From the NCBI GenBank assembly GCA_050944155.1, contig JBMNQN010000001.1, positions 32,001 through 96,000 of the forward strand: a stretch of 64,000 nucleotides of DNA, in the 5' to 3' direction. The first letter of the stretch is position 1. Each line of letters opens with the position of its first letter. Source of the stretch: Candidatus Methanomethylophilaceae archaeon. Its GTDB lineage: Archaea; Thermoplasmatota; Thermoplasmata; Methanomassiliicoccales; Methanomethylophilaceae. Position numbers and translations under genes: made by a program. Below are positions 37,289 to 47,642 of this stretch, one piece after another. The notes below the pieces were generated by a model, which had not been told where the DNA came from, searched no databases, and saw nothing but the letters and a program-made list of their open reading frames with translations.

Positions 37289-38002
37289 ATGGCATCCGAG
37301 AGAAAGTTTGTCACCGAAAACATACGCAGGGTCCTCCTCAAAGAGTACCTGATGAAGGAAATCAGCCGTGCCGGTTTCGGCGGGCTCCAGGTTCAGAGAG
37401 TTCCCAACGGAACCCGCGTGGAGCTTACCACCGAAAGGCCCGGTCTGGTCATCGGAACTCGCGGAAGGACCATCAAAGCTCTGACCGCAGCCATCAGCAA
37501 CGATTTCGGATTCGAGAATCCGCAGATTGAAGCCATCGAAGTTGAAAACGCCAACCTTAACGCCCAGATTATGGCGGAAAAGCTTGCGTTCTCTCTCGAG
37601 AGGGGATGGCACTTCCGCAGGGCGGGGCACTCCACCGTGCGCAGAATCATGGATTCCGGCGCCAGGGGATGCCACATTATCCTTGCCGGAAAACTTACCG
37701 GTCAGAGACACAGAACAGAGAAGTTCAAAGAAGGCTACATCAAGTTCTGCGGCGAACCCAGCGAAAAATTCATACACAGAGGTTTCGCCGTCGCAAAACT
37801 CAAGATGGGAGTCATAGGAGTCACCGTCGAAATCATGGACAGGGATTCCAAACTGCCCACCGACATCGTGATAGCCAGCAAGACCGAGGCTTACGAACTT
37901 CTCCCCGATCTGTTCAAGGCGGAATCCGTCGAGGAACCCGCCGCGGAAGAACCGGTTGCCGAAGAACAGGCTGTCGAAGAGCCTGCCGGGGAGGTGCAGT
38001 GA
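37289..38002 (+). CDS. rps3: 30S ribosomal protein S3
   Basis: RPGLVIG.RG, LERGWHFRRA, GARG..I..GKL. Confidence 0.97.
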   Translation: MASERKFVTENIRRVLLKEYLMKEISRAGFGGLQVQRVPNGTRVELTTERPGLVIGTRGRTIKALTAAISNDFGFENPQIEAIEVENANLNAQIMAEKLAFSLERGWHFRRAGHSTVRRIMDSGARGCHIILAGKLTGQRHRTEKFKEGYIKFCGEPSEKFIHRGFAVAKLKMGVIGVTVEIMDRDSKLPTDIVIASKTEAYELLPDLFKAESVEEPAAEEPVAEEQAVEEPAGEVQ

Positions 38003-38205
38003 TGGCATCCCTCAGGCCCTCCGACATAAGGAACATGACCGACGAAGGGCGCAACCAGAAGCTCAAGGAGCTCCGTGACGAACTTATGCACGAGAGGGGA
38101 GTTTCCGCTACCGGCGGAGCACCCACCAGCCCCGGAGCCATCCGTGCGCTCAGAAGGAACATCGCCCGCATTCTGACTATCCAGAAGGAGGAGGAAGAAA
38201 TCTGA
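38002..38205 (+). CDS. rpl29: 50S ribosomal protein L29
   Basis: IRNM..KLKELRDEL, PGAIR.LRRNIARILT. Confidence 0.95.
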   Translation: MASLRPSDIRNMTDEGRNQKLKELRDELMHERGVSATGGAPTSPGAIRALRRNIARILTIQKEEEEI

Positions 38206-38504
38206 TGGGAGGAATCTGTCCGGTTTGCGGACTTCCCAGCGAGCTGTGCATGTGCGAAGAAATCGCACGCGGACAGCAGAGCGTCAGGATATCGGTGGAC
38301 AGCCGCAGATACGGCAAAATGGTCACCGTTATCGACGGGATTGACGAGAACGACATCAACATCGCGGACCTGGCCAAACAGCTGAAGAACAAATGCGCCG
38401 CCGGAGGAACATACAAAGACGGACGCATCGAACTTCAGGGCGACCACAAAAAGAAAGTAAAAGCGGTCCTCGAGGAGATGGGATTCACAACGGAAGTAAG
38501 ATGA
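38205..38504 (+). CDS. Translation initiation factor SUI1/aIF1
   Basis: CPVCGLP.ELC.C, RRYGK.VT, LK.KCA.GGT, IELQGDH. Confidence 0.95.
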   Translation: MGGICPVCGLPSELCMCEEIARGQQSVRISVDSRRYGKMVTVIDGIDENDINIADLAKQLKNKCAAGGTYKDGRIELQGDHKKKVKAVLEEMGFTTEVR

Positions 38505-38759
38505 ATGAAGAGGGCGGAAATCGTGAGAGCTGAACTTATCGGATTGGAAGTGACGGTGCTGTCCGCACCGTATTCGGGAATAGCCGGCAGAGTGGTGGAC
38601 GAAACAAAAAACACGTTCGTCATAGAATCCGCCGGATCCGAAAAAATGGTACCCAAGCCGGGAAACGTGTTCAGATTCGTCACGGAAGAAGGAACCGCGG
38701 ACCTTAACGGTTCGGACATCCTCTTCAGGCCCGAGGACAGAATCAAAAAAGCAAGGTGA
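38505..38759 (+). CDS. rnp1: RNase P protein subunit Rpp29/Pop4
   Basis: ELIGL.V, GRVVDETKNT, RPEDR. Confidence 0.92.
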   Translation: MKRAEIVRAELIGLEVTVLSAPYSGIAGRVVDETKNTFVIESAGSEKMVPKPGNVFRFVTEEGTADLNGSDILFRPEDRIKKAR

Positions 38760-38764
38760 TTAAT

Positions 38765-39091
38765 ATGACAGCCAGAAACATCGGAATCAACGTAAAGGCT
38801 CCGGAGACCGAGTGCTCCGACCCGGACTGCCCCTTCCACGGCACGCTCCCCGTAAGAGGCCAGATAATCGACGGCGTTATCGCATCGGTCAAAATGGACA
38901 AGACTGCGGTCGTCGAGCGCACTCTTACCAGATACAACAAGAAATACGAAAGATACGAGAAGAGGACGAGACGCTATTCGGCCCACCTTCCCCCGTGCAT
39001 GCATTTGGAGGCCGGAGACAAGGTGACCATAATGGAGTGCCGCCCGATCTCGAAGACCGTGGCTTTCGCGGTCATCGAAAAGAAGGAGTGA
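38765..39091 (+). CDS. rps17: 30S ribosomal protein S17
   Basis: [25 protein letters not shown]. Confidence 0.97.
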   Translation: MTARNIGINVKAPETECSDPDCPFHGTLPVRGQIIDGVIASVKMDKTAVVERTLTRYNKKYERYEKRTRRYSAHLPPCMHLEAGDKVTIMECRPISKTVAFAVIEKKE

Positions 39092-39098
39092 AGCCGGA

Positions 39099-39497
39099 AT
39101 GAAAGGAATATCCGGAAATCAGACCAGAGGATTCATCGTCGGATCGCGTCTCAACGTCATAGACAATACCGGCGCCAAGGTCATCGAAATCATAGCGGTG
39201 CCGGGATACCACGGCGTTGCCAGGAGAGTCCCCTCCGCGGGAATAGGCGACCTGGTCATGGCATCCGTCAAGAAAGGAACTCCCCAGATGAGGAGACAGA
39301 TCGTTTACGCCGTAATCGTCCGCCAGAAGCGCTCCATAAGGCGCCCCGACGGAATCATGGTGTCTTTCGAAGATAACGCGGCGGTAATAACGACGGAAAC
39401 CGGCGAAACGAAAGGTACGGACATAAAAGGTCCGGTGGCCAGAGAGGCGGCCGAAAGATGGCCCCGCGTATCTGCCACGGCAAATACGATTGTGTGA
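39099..39497 (+). CDS. rpl14: 50S ribosomal protein L14
   Basis: [29 protein letters not shown]. Confidence 0.97.
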   Translation: MKGISGNQTRGFIVGSRLNVIDNTGAKVIEIIAVPGYHGVARRVPSAGIGDLVMASVKKGTPQMRRQIVYAVIVRQKRSIRRPDGIMVSFEDNAAVITTETGETKGTDIKGPVAREAAERWPRVSATANTIV

Positions 39498-39507
39498 GGC
39501 GGAAGAG

Positions 39508-39882
39508 ATGAAAAGCAGCAAAGCAAGGGTACAGAGAAAGAAGCAGTACAATGCTCCGGCCCACACCAGAAGAAAAATGCTTTCGGCCCACCTGAGCGAC
39601 GACCTCCGCGACAAATACGGAGTGCGCACCGCCAGAGTATGCAAGGGCGATACCGTCGTGATTCTCAGAGGAAACGAAGACATCCGCGGAATCGAAGGCA
39701 AAGTTCTCGAAGTATTCACCGACACCGGAAGAGTTTCGGTGGAAGGAATAACAATAAATCAGGCAGACGGGACCGCCACCGCGCGCCCCGTACACGCATC
39801 CAACCTGGTCATCGTCAAAATCAACGACGAAGACAAATGGAGGATGGACGCCCTGGAAAACAAGAAGGAGGCTAAACAATGA
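39508..39882 (+). CDS. rpl24: 50S ribosomal protein L24
   Basis: QRK..YNAP.H, LS.DLR.KYG, KGDTV..RG, HASN. Confidence 0.96.
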   Translation: MKSSKARVQRKKQYNAPAHTRRKMLSAHLSDDLRDKYGVRTARVCKGDTVVILRGNEDIRGIEGKVLEVFTDTGRVSVEGITINQADGTATARPVHASNLVIVKINDEDKWRMDALENKKEAKQ

Positions 39883-40586
39883 GCGACCACATGAAAAGAC
39901 TGGCGGCTCCGAGAAGCTGGCCCATCAAAAGAAAGGCCAGCATCTGGGTCGCCAAGCAGTCTCCCGGAGCCCACTCCGTGGAGGCCAGCATGCCCCTGGT
40001 AACTCTTCTCAGAGATATGCTCGGGGTCTGTGACACCGCGAGGGAGGCCAAGAGGATCGTCGGAAACCGCGAAATTCTGGTAAACGGAAAACCCGCGAAA
40101 AACCCCAAGATGCCCGTCGGAATAATGGACGTCGTCACCATACCCAAGATGAACGCCCACTACCGCATCCTCCTGACCGACAAAGGAAAACTGACCGCAA
40201 CGGCCATCGAGGAAGAGAATTCCGGCTGGACCCTGTGCAGGGTCGAAAACAAGACCGTGGTAAAAGGCGGGAAATATCAGATCAACCTCAGCGGCGGAAG
40301 GAACATCGTTCTCGACGGAAACGACTACAAAACCGGAGACACCCTCAAGCTGGGTCTGACCGACAACAAGGTTCTCGGCCACTACAAACTGGAATCGGGA
40401 GCATCCGCCCTCATCATCGAAGGAATCCACGCCGGTTCGGCGGAAACCGTTTCGGAATACACCCCCACCATGGGTAACGGCGCCAACGTCGTGATTTTCG
40501 AAGACGGTACCAGCACGGTCAAGAAGAACGTCTTCATAATAGGCGGCAAAAAGCCCGAAATCAAACTTCCGGAGGCGTCCCAATGA
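39879..40586 (+). CDS. rps4e: 30S ribosomal protein S4e
   Basis: HMKRLAAP.SW, PGAH, REAK, PVGIMDV. Confidence 0.96.
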   Translation: MSDHMKRLAAPRSWPIKRKASIWVAKQSPGAHSVEASMPLVTLLRDMLGVCDTAREAKRIVGNREILVNGKPAKNPKMPVGIMDVVTIPKMNAHYRILLTDKGKLTATAIEEENSGWTLCRVENKTVVKGGKYQINLSGGRNIVLDGNDYKTGDTLKLGLTDNKVLGHYKLESGASALIIEGIHAGSAETVSEYTPTMGNGANVVIFEDGTSTVKKNVFIIGGKKPEIKLPEASQ

Positions 40587-41086
40587 CCATGAAGGACATC
40601 TCCATCGAAAAGGTGGTAATCAACGTAGGCGTCGGCGAAGCCGGCGAGAGACTCGTTAAAGCTCAGAAAGTTCTGGAAATGGTTACCGGTCAGAAACCCG
40701 TTCAGACCGTATCCAAAACCGTCAACAGAGACCTGAGCATACGCGTGGGAATGCCTATCGGATGCAAAGTCACCCTCAGAAACGAAAAGGCCGACGGGTT
40801 CCTCAGACAGGCTCTGTCCATCAGGGAAAACCGTATACACAACTATTCTTTCGACAAAGAGGGCAACATGTCTTTCGGAATATCCGATTACACGGATTTC
40901 GAGGGCATGAAATACGATCCCGAAATAGGAATATTCGGAATGGACGTCAGCGTGGTCTTCACCAGGCCCGGCAGAAGAATCGAGCGCAGAAAACTGATGT
41001 CCAGAAAGATACCCAAAAGCCAGCGCGTGAACAGAGAAGAAGCCATGCAGTTCATGGCCGACAATTACGAAGTGAAGGTGGTCTGA
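40583..41086 (+). CDS. rpl5: 50S ribosomal protein L5
   Basis: [38 protein letters not shown]. Confidence 0.97.
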   Translation: MTMKDISIEKVVINVGVGEAGERLVKAQKVLEMVTGQKPVQTVSKTVNRDLSIRVGMPIGCKVTLRNEKADGFLRQALSIRENRIHNYSFDKEGNMSFGISDYTDFEGMKYDPEIGIFGMDVSVVFTRPGRRIERRKLMSRKIPKSQRVNREEAMQFMADNYEVKVV

Positions 41087-41232
41087 TGAAACCGAAGAAG
41101 AAATACGGCAGAATCGAGGGATGCACCCGTTGCGGACGCAGAAGGGGCATCATAAGAAGATACGGCATGCATCTGTGCCGCCAATGTTTCAGAGACATGG
41201 CTCCGGAGCTGGGCTTCAAGAAATACTCGTGA
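41086..41232 (+). CDS. rps14: 30S ribosomal protein S14 (zinc-binding)
   Basis: CTRCG..IRRYG..LCRQCFR..LGFKKY. Confidence 0.96.
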   Translation: MKPKKKYGRIEGCTRCGRRRGIIRRYGMHLCRQCFRDMAPELGFKKYS

Positions 41233-41241
41233 GGTGAACAG

Positions 41242-41631
41242 ATGCAGAGCGATCCACTCAACGACGCAATGTGCGTCATGAAAAATGCAGCGACGAACGG
41301 AAAGAACGAGTGCACGATTTCCCTGTCCTCCAAACTCATAGGCCGCGTGCTGAAAGTTATGCAGGATCACGGATACATAAACCAGTTCGAGTACGTGGAG
41401 AACGGAAAAGCAGGCGAATTCCGCGTCATGCTCAAAGGAGCGATAAACAACTGCGGCGTGATTAAGCCCAGGTATTCGGTCAAAATAGCGGACATAGAGA
41501 AATACGAAGCGAGGTACCTCCCCGCCCAGGATTTCGGTCTTCTCATAATGACCACAACCGCCGGAGTAATTACCCAGGACCGCGCCAAAGAGCTGGGAAT
41601 CGGCGGAAAACTTCTTGCTTACGTATATTGA
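41242..41631 (+). CDS. rps8: 30S ribosomal protein S8
   Basis: DPLNDA, GYI..FE, INNCGVIKPR, LPA..FG, GG.LLAYVY. Confidence 0.97.
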   Translation: MQSDPLNDAMCVMKNAATNGKNECTISLSSKLIGRVLKVMQDHGYINQFEYVENGKAGEFRVMLKGAINNCGVIKPRYSVKIADIEKYEARYLPAQDFGLLIMTTTAGVITQDRAKELGIGGKLLAYVY

Positions 41632-41640
41632 GGAATAAGA

Positions 41641-42192
41641 ATGACAATAGCAGGGATAATCGAAAGAACCATCGCCGTCCCCGAAGGAGTCTCCGTCACT
41701 CTTGACGGAACGACTCTTACGGTCAAAGGACCCAAGGGGGAACTGAGCAGAAACTTCGCACACCCCAGCGTAGCAGTCGCAGTCGCAGACGGCCATGCGG
41801 TCGTCAGCTGCGAGTACCCCAAGACCCAGGAGAAGGCGATGGTGGGAACCTTCGCCGCCCACATCAGGAACATGATCCACGGGGTCACCGAAGGGTACAC
41901 CTACGGAATGAAAGTGGTATACTCCCACTTTCCGATGAAAGTTACCGTCAAAGGCGACCAGGTCGAGATAGGAAACTATCTGGGAGGTCACGCAATGCGC
42001 TACGCGGATATCGTCCGCGGATGCAAGGTCAAAGTCAACGGTGCGGACATAACCATCGAGGGCATTGACATCGAGGCGTGCGGACAGACCGCGGCCAACA
42101 TCGAAAGGGCGACCCAGAGGCTCGGATTCGACAAAAGAACGTTCCAGGACGGAATATACATCGTCCACAGATCCCACAAGGTGAAAGAATGA
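41641..42192 (+). CDS. rpl6: 50S ribosomal protein L6
   Basis: VKGPKGEL.R, NMI.GVTEG, YSHFP, GQTAANIE, FQDGIY. Confidence 0.97.
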   Translation: MTIAGIIERTIAVPEGVSVTLDGTTLTVKGPKGELSRNFAHPSVAVAVADGHAVVSCEYPKTQEKAMVGTFAAHIRNMIHGVTEGYTYGMKVVYSHFPMKVTVKGDQVEIGNYLGGHAMRYADIVRGCKVKVNGADITIEGIDIEACGQTAANIERATQRLGFDKRTFQDGIYIVHRSHKVKE

Positions 42193-42860
42193 CCGTGAAG
42201 AATTTCAGCGACCTTCCGGGCTTCAAGGACGAAAACCTGGCAGAGCTCAAATCCATGGGCATCACCGACATCCAGGGACTCGCCGAAGCGCTTAACGACG
42301 AAGGCAAAATCAAAGAAGTAATCAAGAACCTTTCCGGAGTAGGCCCCAAGACCGCCGAAAAATGGAGAGGTCTTTTGGAAACGGCCGAAGCTCCCGCCAA
42401 GCCCGAAAAAGTTCCCGAAGCGGAAATCGTGGAGACGGAAGGAACGGACGTTTACGAGGTCAAGGCCAAACCCGAGCTTGACGAGGAAACCGCCGACGGT
42501 CTCGCCAAAAGGGCAATCATAAGCGGCCGCCGCCCCGCCTTCAAGAGGCAGGAGTGGTTCAGATACTCCAAGCTCGGAGAGAAATGGAGAAGGCCCAAGG
42601 GAAGACACTCCAAGATGAAGAGAAACAACAAACAGCGCCCGCCGGTCGTGGACGTAGGATTCCGCGGACCCGCCGCCGTAAGGGGACTCCACCCCTCGGG
42701 TTTCTCCGAAGTACTCGTCCACAACGTCGACGGGCTGGAGGACATCGACCCCAAGGTTCAGGCAATACGCATAAGCGGAACCGTCGGAACCAAAAAGAGA
42801 ATAGCAATCGAAGACAGAGCCGATGAACTGGGCATAAGAGTTCTCAACAGGATGGTGTGA
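42189..42860 (+). CDS. rpl32e: 50S ribosomal protein L32e with an N-terminal HhH extension
   Basis: F.RQEW, WRRPKG.HSK, RGLHPSG; N-terminal LPGF and LSGVGPKTAEK. Confidence 0.93.
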   Translation: MTVKNFSDLPGFKDENLAELKSMGITDIQGLAEALNDEGKIKEVIKNLSGVGPKTAEKWRGLLETAEAPAKPEKVPEAEIVETEGTDVYEVKAKPELDEETADGLAKRAIISGRRPAFKRQEWFRYSKLGEKWRRPKGRHSKMKRNNKQRPPVVDVGFRGPAAVRGLHPSGFSEVLVHNVDGLEDIDPKVQAIRISGTVGTKKRIAIEDRADELGIRVLNRMV

Positions 42861-42862
42861 AC

Positions 42863-43324
42863 ATGTCCGATCTGAGAAACCAGAGAAGAATGGCATCCGA
42901 AATTCTCAAATGCGGAGAAAACAGGGTGTGGATGGACCCCGAAAGAATGGACGACATAGCCGACTGCATCACCCGCTCGGACATCCGCGTGGCGATAAAC
43001 GCCGGCATGATCAAAGCCAAAGCCAAAGAAGGTACTTCCAGGGGAAGAATCCGCTATGCCGCCGTCCAGAAGTCGTCGGGCAAGAGGAAAGGTCCCGGAA
43101 GCAGAGAGGGAACCGCCAACGCCAGGGTTAAGGACAAAGAACGCTGGATTGCCGTCATAAGACCGATCCGCGACGAACTCAAAACCCTGAGAGACGAAGG
43201 AAAAATCACCCCCTCCACTTACAGGCTGTTCTACAGGAGGGCCAAAGGAGGCCAGTACAGGTCCCGCAGGAACCTCAGGCAGCACATGATCAGCGGAGGA
43301 TACCTCAAGGAGGAGGAGAACTGA
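42863..43324 (+). CDS. rpl19e: 50S ribosomal protein L19e
   Basis: QRRMA..LKCG..RVW.DP, SRGR, GPGSREG, Y.RAKGG. Confidence 0.97.
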   Translation: MSDLRNQRRMASEILKCGENRVWMDPERMDDIADCITRSDIRVAINAGMIKAKAKEGTSRGRIRYAAVQKSSGKRKGPGSREGTANARVKDKERWIAVIRPIRDELKTLRDEGKITPSTYRLFYRRAKGGQYRSRRNLRQHMISGGYLKEEEN

Positions 43325-43824
43325 TGGCAACAGGACCCAGATACAGAGTGCCCTTCCGCAGAAGAAGGGAAGGACGTACCGATTACTACGTCCGCCGCAA
43401 ACTTCTCACCGGCCGCGAGGTAAGAGCGGTGCTCAGGCGTTCCAACAGAAACGTCAGCATCCAGTTCGCCGAGTTCGGTATGGAAGGAGACAGAATACTG
43501 GCCGCTGCCAGCACCAAGGACCTGCGCGCCATGGGATGGGAACACTCGTGTTCTTCCATTCCCGCGGCCTATCTCGCCGGATATCTGGCGGGTAAGAGAG
43601 CGGTTGCGCAGGGCATAGAATACGCCGTCCTCGACCTGGGAATGCAGAATCCCAGAGCCGGAGGCGTGCTCTTCGCCGCGGTCGCCGGAATGTGCGACGC
43701 AGGCATCGAGATTCCCCACGGGGAAGATGTTTTCCCCTCCGAGGACAGACTCAGGGGAGAACACATCGGAGACGGCCTCGGAAGCGCCGTCGACAGCATG
43801 AAAGAAAAAATGGAGGCTGAATGA
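43324..43824 (+). CDS. rpl18: 50S ribosomal protein L18
   Basis: RRRREGRTDY, AAYLAG, LDLG, DAG.EIPH. Confidence 0.97.
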   Translation: MATGPRYRVPFRRRREGRTDYYVRRKLLTGREVRAVLRRSNRNVSIQFAEFGMEGDRILAAASTKDLRAMGWEHSCSSIPAAYLAGYLAGKRAVAQGIEYAVLDLGMQNPRAGGVLFAAVAGMCDAGIEIPHGEDVFPSEDRLRGEHIGDGLGSAVDSMKEKMEAE

Positions 43825-44504
43825 ATATGGTCGACTGGATTCCCAAAACAAGACTGGGCCAGATGGTCCTTAACGGGGAGATCACAACCATGAGCGACGC
43901 TCTGGCAACGAAACTGCCCCTCCGCGAAGCGGAAATCGTCGATATCCTGCTTCCCGACCTCAAAGACGAGGTCATCGACCTGAACATGGTTCAGAGGATG
44001 ACCGACTCGGGAAGGAGAGTAAGGTTCGCCGCCACCTGCATAGTCGGAAACGGCGACGGATTCGTAGGAATCGGAAGAGCCAAAGGAAAGGAAGTCGGAC
44101 CTTCCATCAAGAAGGCCATCGACAACGCGAAACTGAACCTCATCGAAATTAAAAGAGGATGCGGTTCCTGGGAGTGCGGATGCGGAACGCCCCACACTCT
44201 GCCTTTCGAGATATCCGGTTCCACCGGTTCCGTTTCCGTGTTCATCAAACCCGCTCCCCGCGGCATCGGACTCGCGGTGGGCGACGTTGCGAAGAGCCTT
44301 TTGGTGATGGCAGGAATAAAGGACGCGTGGGGATTCGCCCGCGGAAACACCAAAACCAAGGTCAACTACGCCATGGCGACCTTCGAAGCCCTCAGAATGA
44401 CCGCTTCGATGAGAGTCACCGACGAACAGGCGGAAAAACTGAACATCGTTTCCGGACCGGTGGGTCTCGCCGAGGCCGAAAGCGGATTTACGGAGGAGGA
44501 GTGA
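43821..44504 (+). CDS. rps5: 30S ribosomal protein S5
   Basis: WIPKTRLG, VQRMTDSGRR, RGCGSWEC, PAPRG.GL. Confidence 0.97.
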   Translation: MNMVDWIPKTRLGQMVLNGEITTMSDALATKLPLREAEIVDILLPDLKDEVIDLNMVQRMTDSGRRVRFAATCIVGNGDGFVGIGRAKGKEVGPSIKKAIDNAKLNLIEIKRGCGSWECGCGTPHTLPFEISGSTGSVSVFIKPAPRGIGLAVGDVAKSLLVMAGIKDAWGFARGNTKTKVNYAMATFEALRMTASMRVTDEQAEKLNIVSGPVGLAEAESGFTEEE

Positions 44505-44505
44505 A

Positions 44506-44970
44506 ATGGCATACGCCGTTATCAGAGTCCGCGGACAGCCCGACGTTAATCACGACATAAAGCACACCATGATGCTGCTGGGACTCAACAAAGTGAACCA
44601 CTGCGCCATAGTTCCCCAGAACGATTCCACCGAAGGAATGCTGCAGAAAATCAAGGATTACTGCACCTGGGGCGAAGTGGACGCGGAAACGCTGACCGAA
44701 ATGATCTCCCGTCGCGGAAAAACCGAGGGAGGAGGGGATTTGGACGACGAGTTTCTCAAGGCCAACTCCCAGTTCGCCAGCGCCGCCGAACTCGCGGAAG
44801 CGATACTGAACAACGACTGCAGACTCAGGGACGTGGACGGCGCAAAGCCGCTGTTCCGCCTGCATCCGCCGGTAAAAGGTTACGAGGGGATCAAACGTCC
44901 CTTCTCGACCGGAGGAGCCCTCGGATACAGAGGCGCGGAAATAAACGCCCTGATCAAGAGAATGCTGTGA
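44506..44970 (+). CDS. rpl30: 50S ribosomal protein L30
   Basis: AVIRVRG, GML.KIKDY.TWGE, FRLHPP, GGALGYRG. Confidence 0.96.
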   Translation: MAYAVIRVRGQPDVNHDIKHTMMLLGLNKVNHCAIVPQNDSTEGMLQKIKDYCTWGEVDAETLTEMISRRGKTEGGGDLDDEFLKANSQFASAAELAEAILNNDCRLRDVDGAKPLFRLHPPVKGYEGIKRPFSTGGALGYRGAEINALIKRML

Positions 44971-44979
44971 GGGATAAAG

Positions 44980-45402
44980 ATGCCAAGCAGAACCAAAAAG
45001 ATGAGAGGATCCAGAACCCACGGCCGCGGTAAGAAAGCCGGACGCGGAGCAGGTCTCATTGGAGGCCGCGGAAGGGCGGGACTGAGCAAGACCGGAAAGA
45101 TCTACATGTTCAAACACGAACCCCAGCTCCTCGGAAGGTACGGATTCAAGAGGCCCATGTGTCTCAGCGTTTCCGATTTCACCATAAACGTGGCCGAACT
45201 CCAGGAGCGTATGGACGATTTCATCGCAAAAGGATTTGCCACCAAAGACGGTGATTCCTACTCGGTGAACCTTACCGAAGCGGGCTACGACAAGCTTCTC
45301 GGCAACGGGAATATTGATGTAGCAGTGAAGGTTACGGTAGCACGTTCGTCGGAAAAAGCTCGCATAAAGATCGAAGCTTCGGGCGGCAGTATTTCCGAGT
45401 GA
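44980..45402 (+). CDS. rpl15: 50S ribosomal protein L15
   Basis: RGSRTHG.G, GGRG.AG, KLLG.G, KIEASGG. Confidence 0.96.
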   Translation: MPSRTKKMRGSRTHGRGKKAGRGAGLIGGRGRAGLSKTGKIYMFKHEPQLLGRYGFKRPMCLSVSDFTINVAELQERMDDFIAKGFATKDGDSYSVNLTEAGYDKLLGNGNIDVAVKVTVARSSEKARIKIEASGGSISE

Positions 45403-45421
45403 AGTCCGAGAGGAATAACGG

Positions 45422-46957
45422 ATGGAAGACAGACCGAGCCTACTGTACAAGGTAAAGCCGGTGGCTGACAGGCTGCCGTCCGTACAGCGTCCGGAGGGAC
45501 ATGTACATTTCAGAACGAAGATGATGTGGGTCATCGTCGTTCTGGTGCTTTACTTCGTGATGACCAACGTGTACGTGTACGGACTGGACCAGGGCAAAAC
45601 CCTGGACCTGTTCGCGCAGTACAGAACAATAATGGCCGGAGCATCCGGTACCATTCTTCAGTTGGGTATAGGCCCCATAGTCACCGCTTCCATCATAATG
45701 CAGCTTTTCGTCGGAGCCAAGATAATCAAACTGGATCTGACGAAAAAAGACGACAAAGCATGCTACCAATCGGTCCTCAAGCTTCTCGTAATAGTCATGA
45801 TAATCGTGGAGGCCACCCCCCAGGTGTTCGGTTACCTGGTGCCCTCTTCAGGACTTATCGAGAAAACGAGCGCGGGATGGGCCAAAGTCATAATCATAGC
45901 GCAGCTCTGCGTCGGTTCGTACATCGTATTTCTTATGGACGAGCTGGTTTCCAAATGGGGAATAGGCAGCGGTATCTCGCTGTTCATAGCCGCGGGAGTT
46001 GCGGAATCCCTGTTCACGGGAGCCCTTAACTGGAATCCCGTGTCGGAGAGCGCGGCGGTAAGCCTCAACAATCCTCCGGCGGGAACCATTCCCAAAGCGA
46101 TATACATACTGATGAACACCAACTCGGCCGAAATGTCGGCCTGGGGTTACGAAGCCATATTCCTGGGCGAGCCCAACTCGATGGTGGCGCTGATATGTAC
46201 GCTGATAGTGTTCTTCGTGGTGGCCTATCTGGAGTCCACGAGAATCGAACTGCCGCTGTCCCACGGAAGTGCCAGAGGCGCCAGGGGACGCTACCCCATC
46301 AAGCTGCTCTACGCAAGCAACATTCCGGTCATACTCATGTCGGCGCTGCTTGCGAACGTAAGCATGTTCGCACTGCTCTTCTATACCAACGATTTCCTGA
46401 GCGGAGTTCCCCTTCTGGGACACAACGATCTGCTGGGTTACTTCGAAGAAGGGTCGACTTCCGCAACCGGAGGTCTTGCCTGGTATCTGTCGGCGCCGAC
46501 GGGACTGTCTTCCTGGCTGTTGCCGATGATCAACCCTGCAGCCTACGGAAACGGCCACGGAATAATATCCAACCTGTGCCACGTGGCCATCTATGCGTCG
46601 ATAATGATTGCGGGTTCGATTTTATTCGCCAAATTCTGGGTACAGACCACCAATCTGGGTTCGGAGGCGGTCGCAAATCAGATTCAGAAGAGCGGTATGC
46701 AGATTCCCGGTTTCCGTAAGGATCCCAGAGTTCTGAAGAGGGTTCTGGACAGATACATACCCACGATTACCGTGCTTTCGGGTGCACTGGTCGGTGCCCT
46801 TGCGGCTTTCGCCGACATGCTGGGTACCACCGGAAACGCCAGCGGTACGGGTGTGCTTCTTACGGTAGGAATCATAATAAAGCTTTACGAAGCCATAGGG
46901 CGTGAACAGATGATGGAAATGAACCCCATGCTGAGAGGCTTCTTCGGAGGCGAGTGA
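45422..46957 (+). CDS. secY: Preprotein translocase SecY
   Basis: LGIGPIVTASII.QL, SKWGIGSGISL, YPIKLLY.SNIP, IPGFR, GTG.LL.V. Confidence 0.97.
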   Translation: MEDRPSLLYKVKPVADRLPSVQRPEGHVHFRTKMMWVIVVLVLYFVMTNVYVYGLDQGKTLDLFAQYRTIMAGASGTILQLGIGPIVTASIIMQLFVGAKIIKLDLTKKDDKACYQSVLKLLVIVMIIVEATPQVFGYLVPSSGLIEKTSAGWAKVIIIAQLCVGSYIVFLMDELVSKWGIGSGISLFIAAGVAESLFTGALNWNPVSESAAVSLNNPPAGTIPKAIYILMNTNSAEMSAWGYEAIFLGEPNSMVALICTLIVFFVVAYLESTRIELPLSHGSARGARGRYPIKLLYASNIPVILMSALLANVSMFALLFYTNDFLSGVPLLGHNDLLGYFEEGSTSATGGLAWYLSAPTGLSSWLLPMINPAAYGNGHGIISNLCHVAIYASIMIAGSILFAKFWVQTTNLGSEAVANQIQKSGMQIPGFRKDPRVLKRVLDRYIPTITVLSGALVGALAAFADMLGTTGNASGTGVLLTVGIIIKLYEAIGREQMMEMNPMLRGFFGGE

Positions 46958-46958
46958 A

Positions 46959-47642
46959 ATGGCTAATCCCGGAAGTCCCGATTCTATGAAAAATTCGATG
47001 GAAGGCATGCCTCCCATGTCCAAGACCACGCTGCTGGGTATGCTGTTTACCCTGGGACTGATGTTTGTTCTCCTGAGATTCAGGGCAGAAGTGGGAAAGT
47101 ATCTGAACTATGTGTTCCAATACGTCGATTTCGGGGGATTGTACCCCGTCACCACGCTGATACTTATGGGTCTCATAATGACGTCGCTCAGCAGTATCAT
47201 AAGATCTCTCCTGACGGATCCTCTTAAAATGGCGAGATCCCAGCACATTCAGAAGGAGTTCAACGCCGAGATGAGGAAGGCCAGGATGGAAAACAACCTG
47301 TACAAGCTCAAGAAGCTGGGAGAACAGCAGCCTCAGATGATGGCAGCTTCCATGGAGTCTAGCCAGGATCAGATGAAAATCATGCCGCTGACGATGGTAA
47401 TCGTCATACCCATTTACACGTGGGTCTGGTACTTCATAGAAAACACTGCGGTATCGACGATCATCAACGTCCCCTGGGCAGTCGTCAATCTTACCCAGTC
47501 CTTCGTACTCCCCGTATGGATTCTGATATACACTCTGATAAGCATACCCATCGGACAGCTGATCAACAAAATCATAAGATATCTCCTGCTGAGCAGACGC
47601 TTGGCGGAATTGGACGCCGAAGAGCGGCAGGCAACGGTCTGA
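46959..47642 (+). CDS. DUF106 / EMC3-TMCO1 (Oxa1 superfamily) membrane insertase
   Basis: TM helix, coiled coil, MKIMP.TM..IP..W, C-terminal W..Y..S; usual position after secY. Confidence 0.85.
   Translation: MANPGSPDSMKNSMEGMPPMSKTTLLGMLFTLGLMFVLLRFRAEVGKYLNYVFQYVDFGGLYPVTTLILMGLIMTSLSSIIRSLLTDPLKMARSQHIQKEFNAEMRKARMENNLYKLKKLGEQQPQMMAASMESSQDQMKIMPLTMVIVIPIYTWVWYFIENTAVSTIINVPWAVVNLTQSFVLPVWILIYTLISIPIGQLINKIIRYLLLSRRLAELDAEERQATV

Noticed and set aside
37921-37995. Repeated EEPAA/EEPVA/EEQAV units at the end of rps3
   Set aside because: An ordinary low-complexity acidic tail, not a DNA repeat element.
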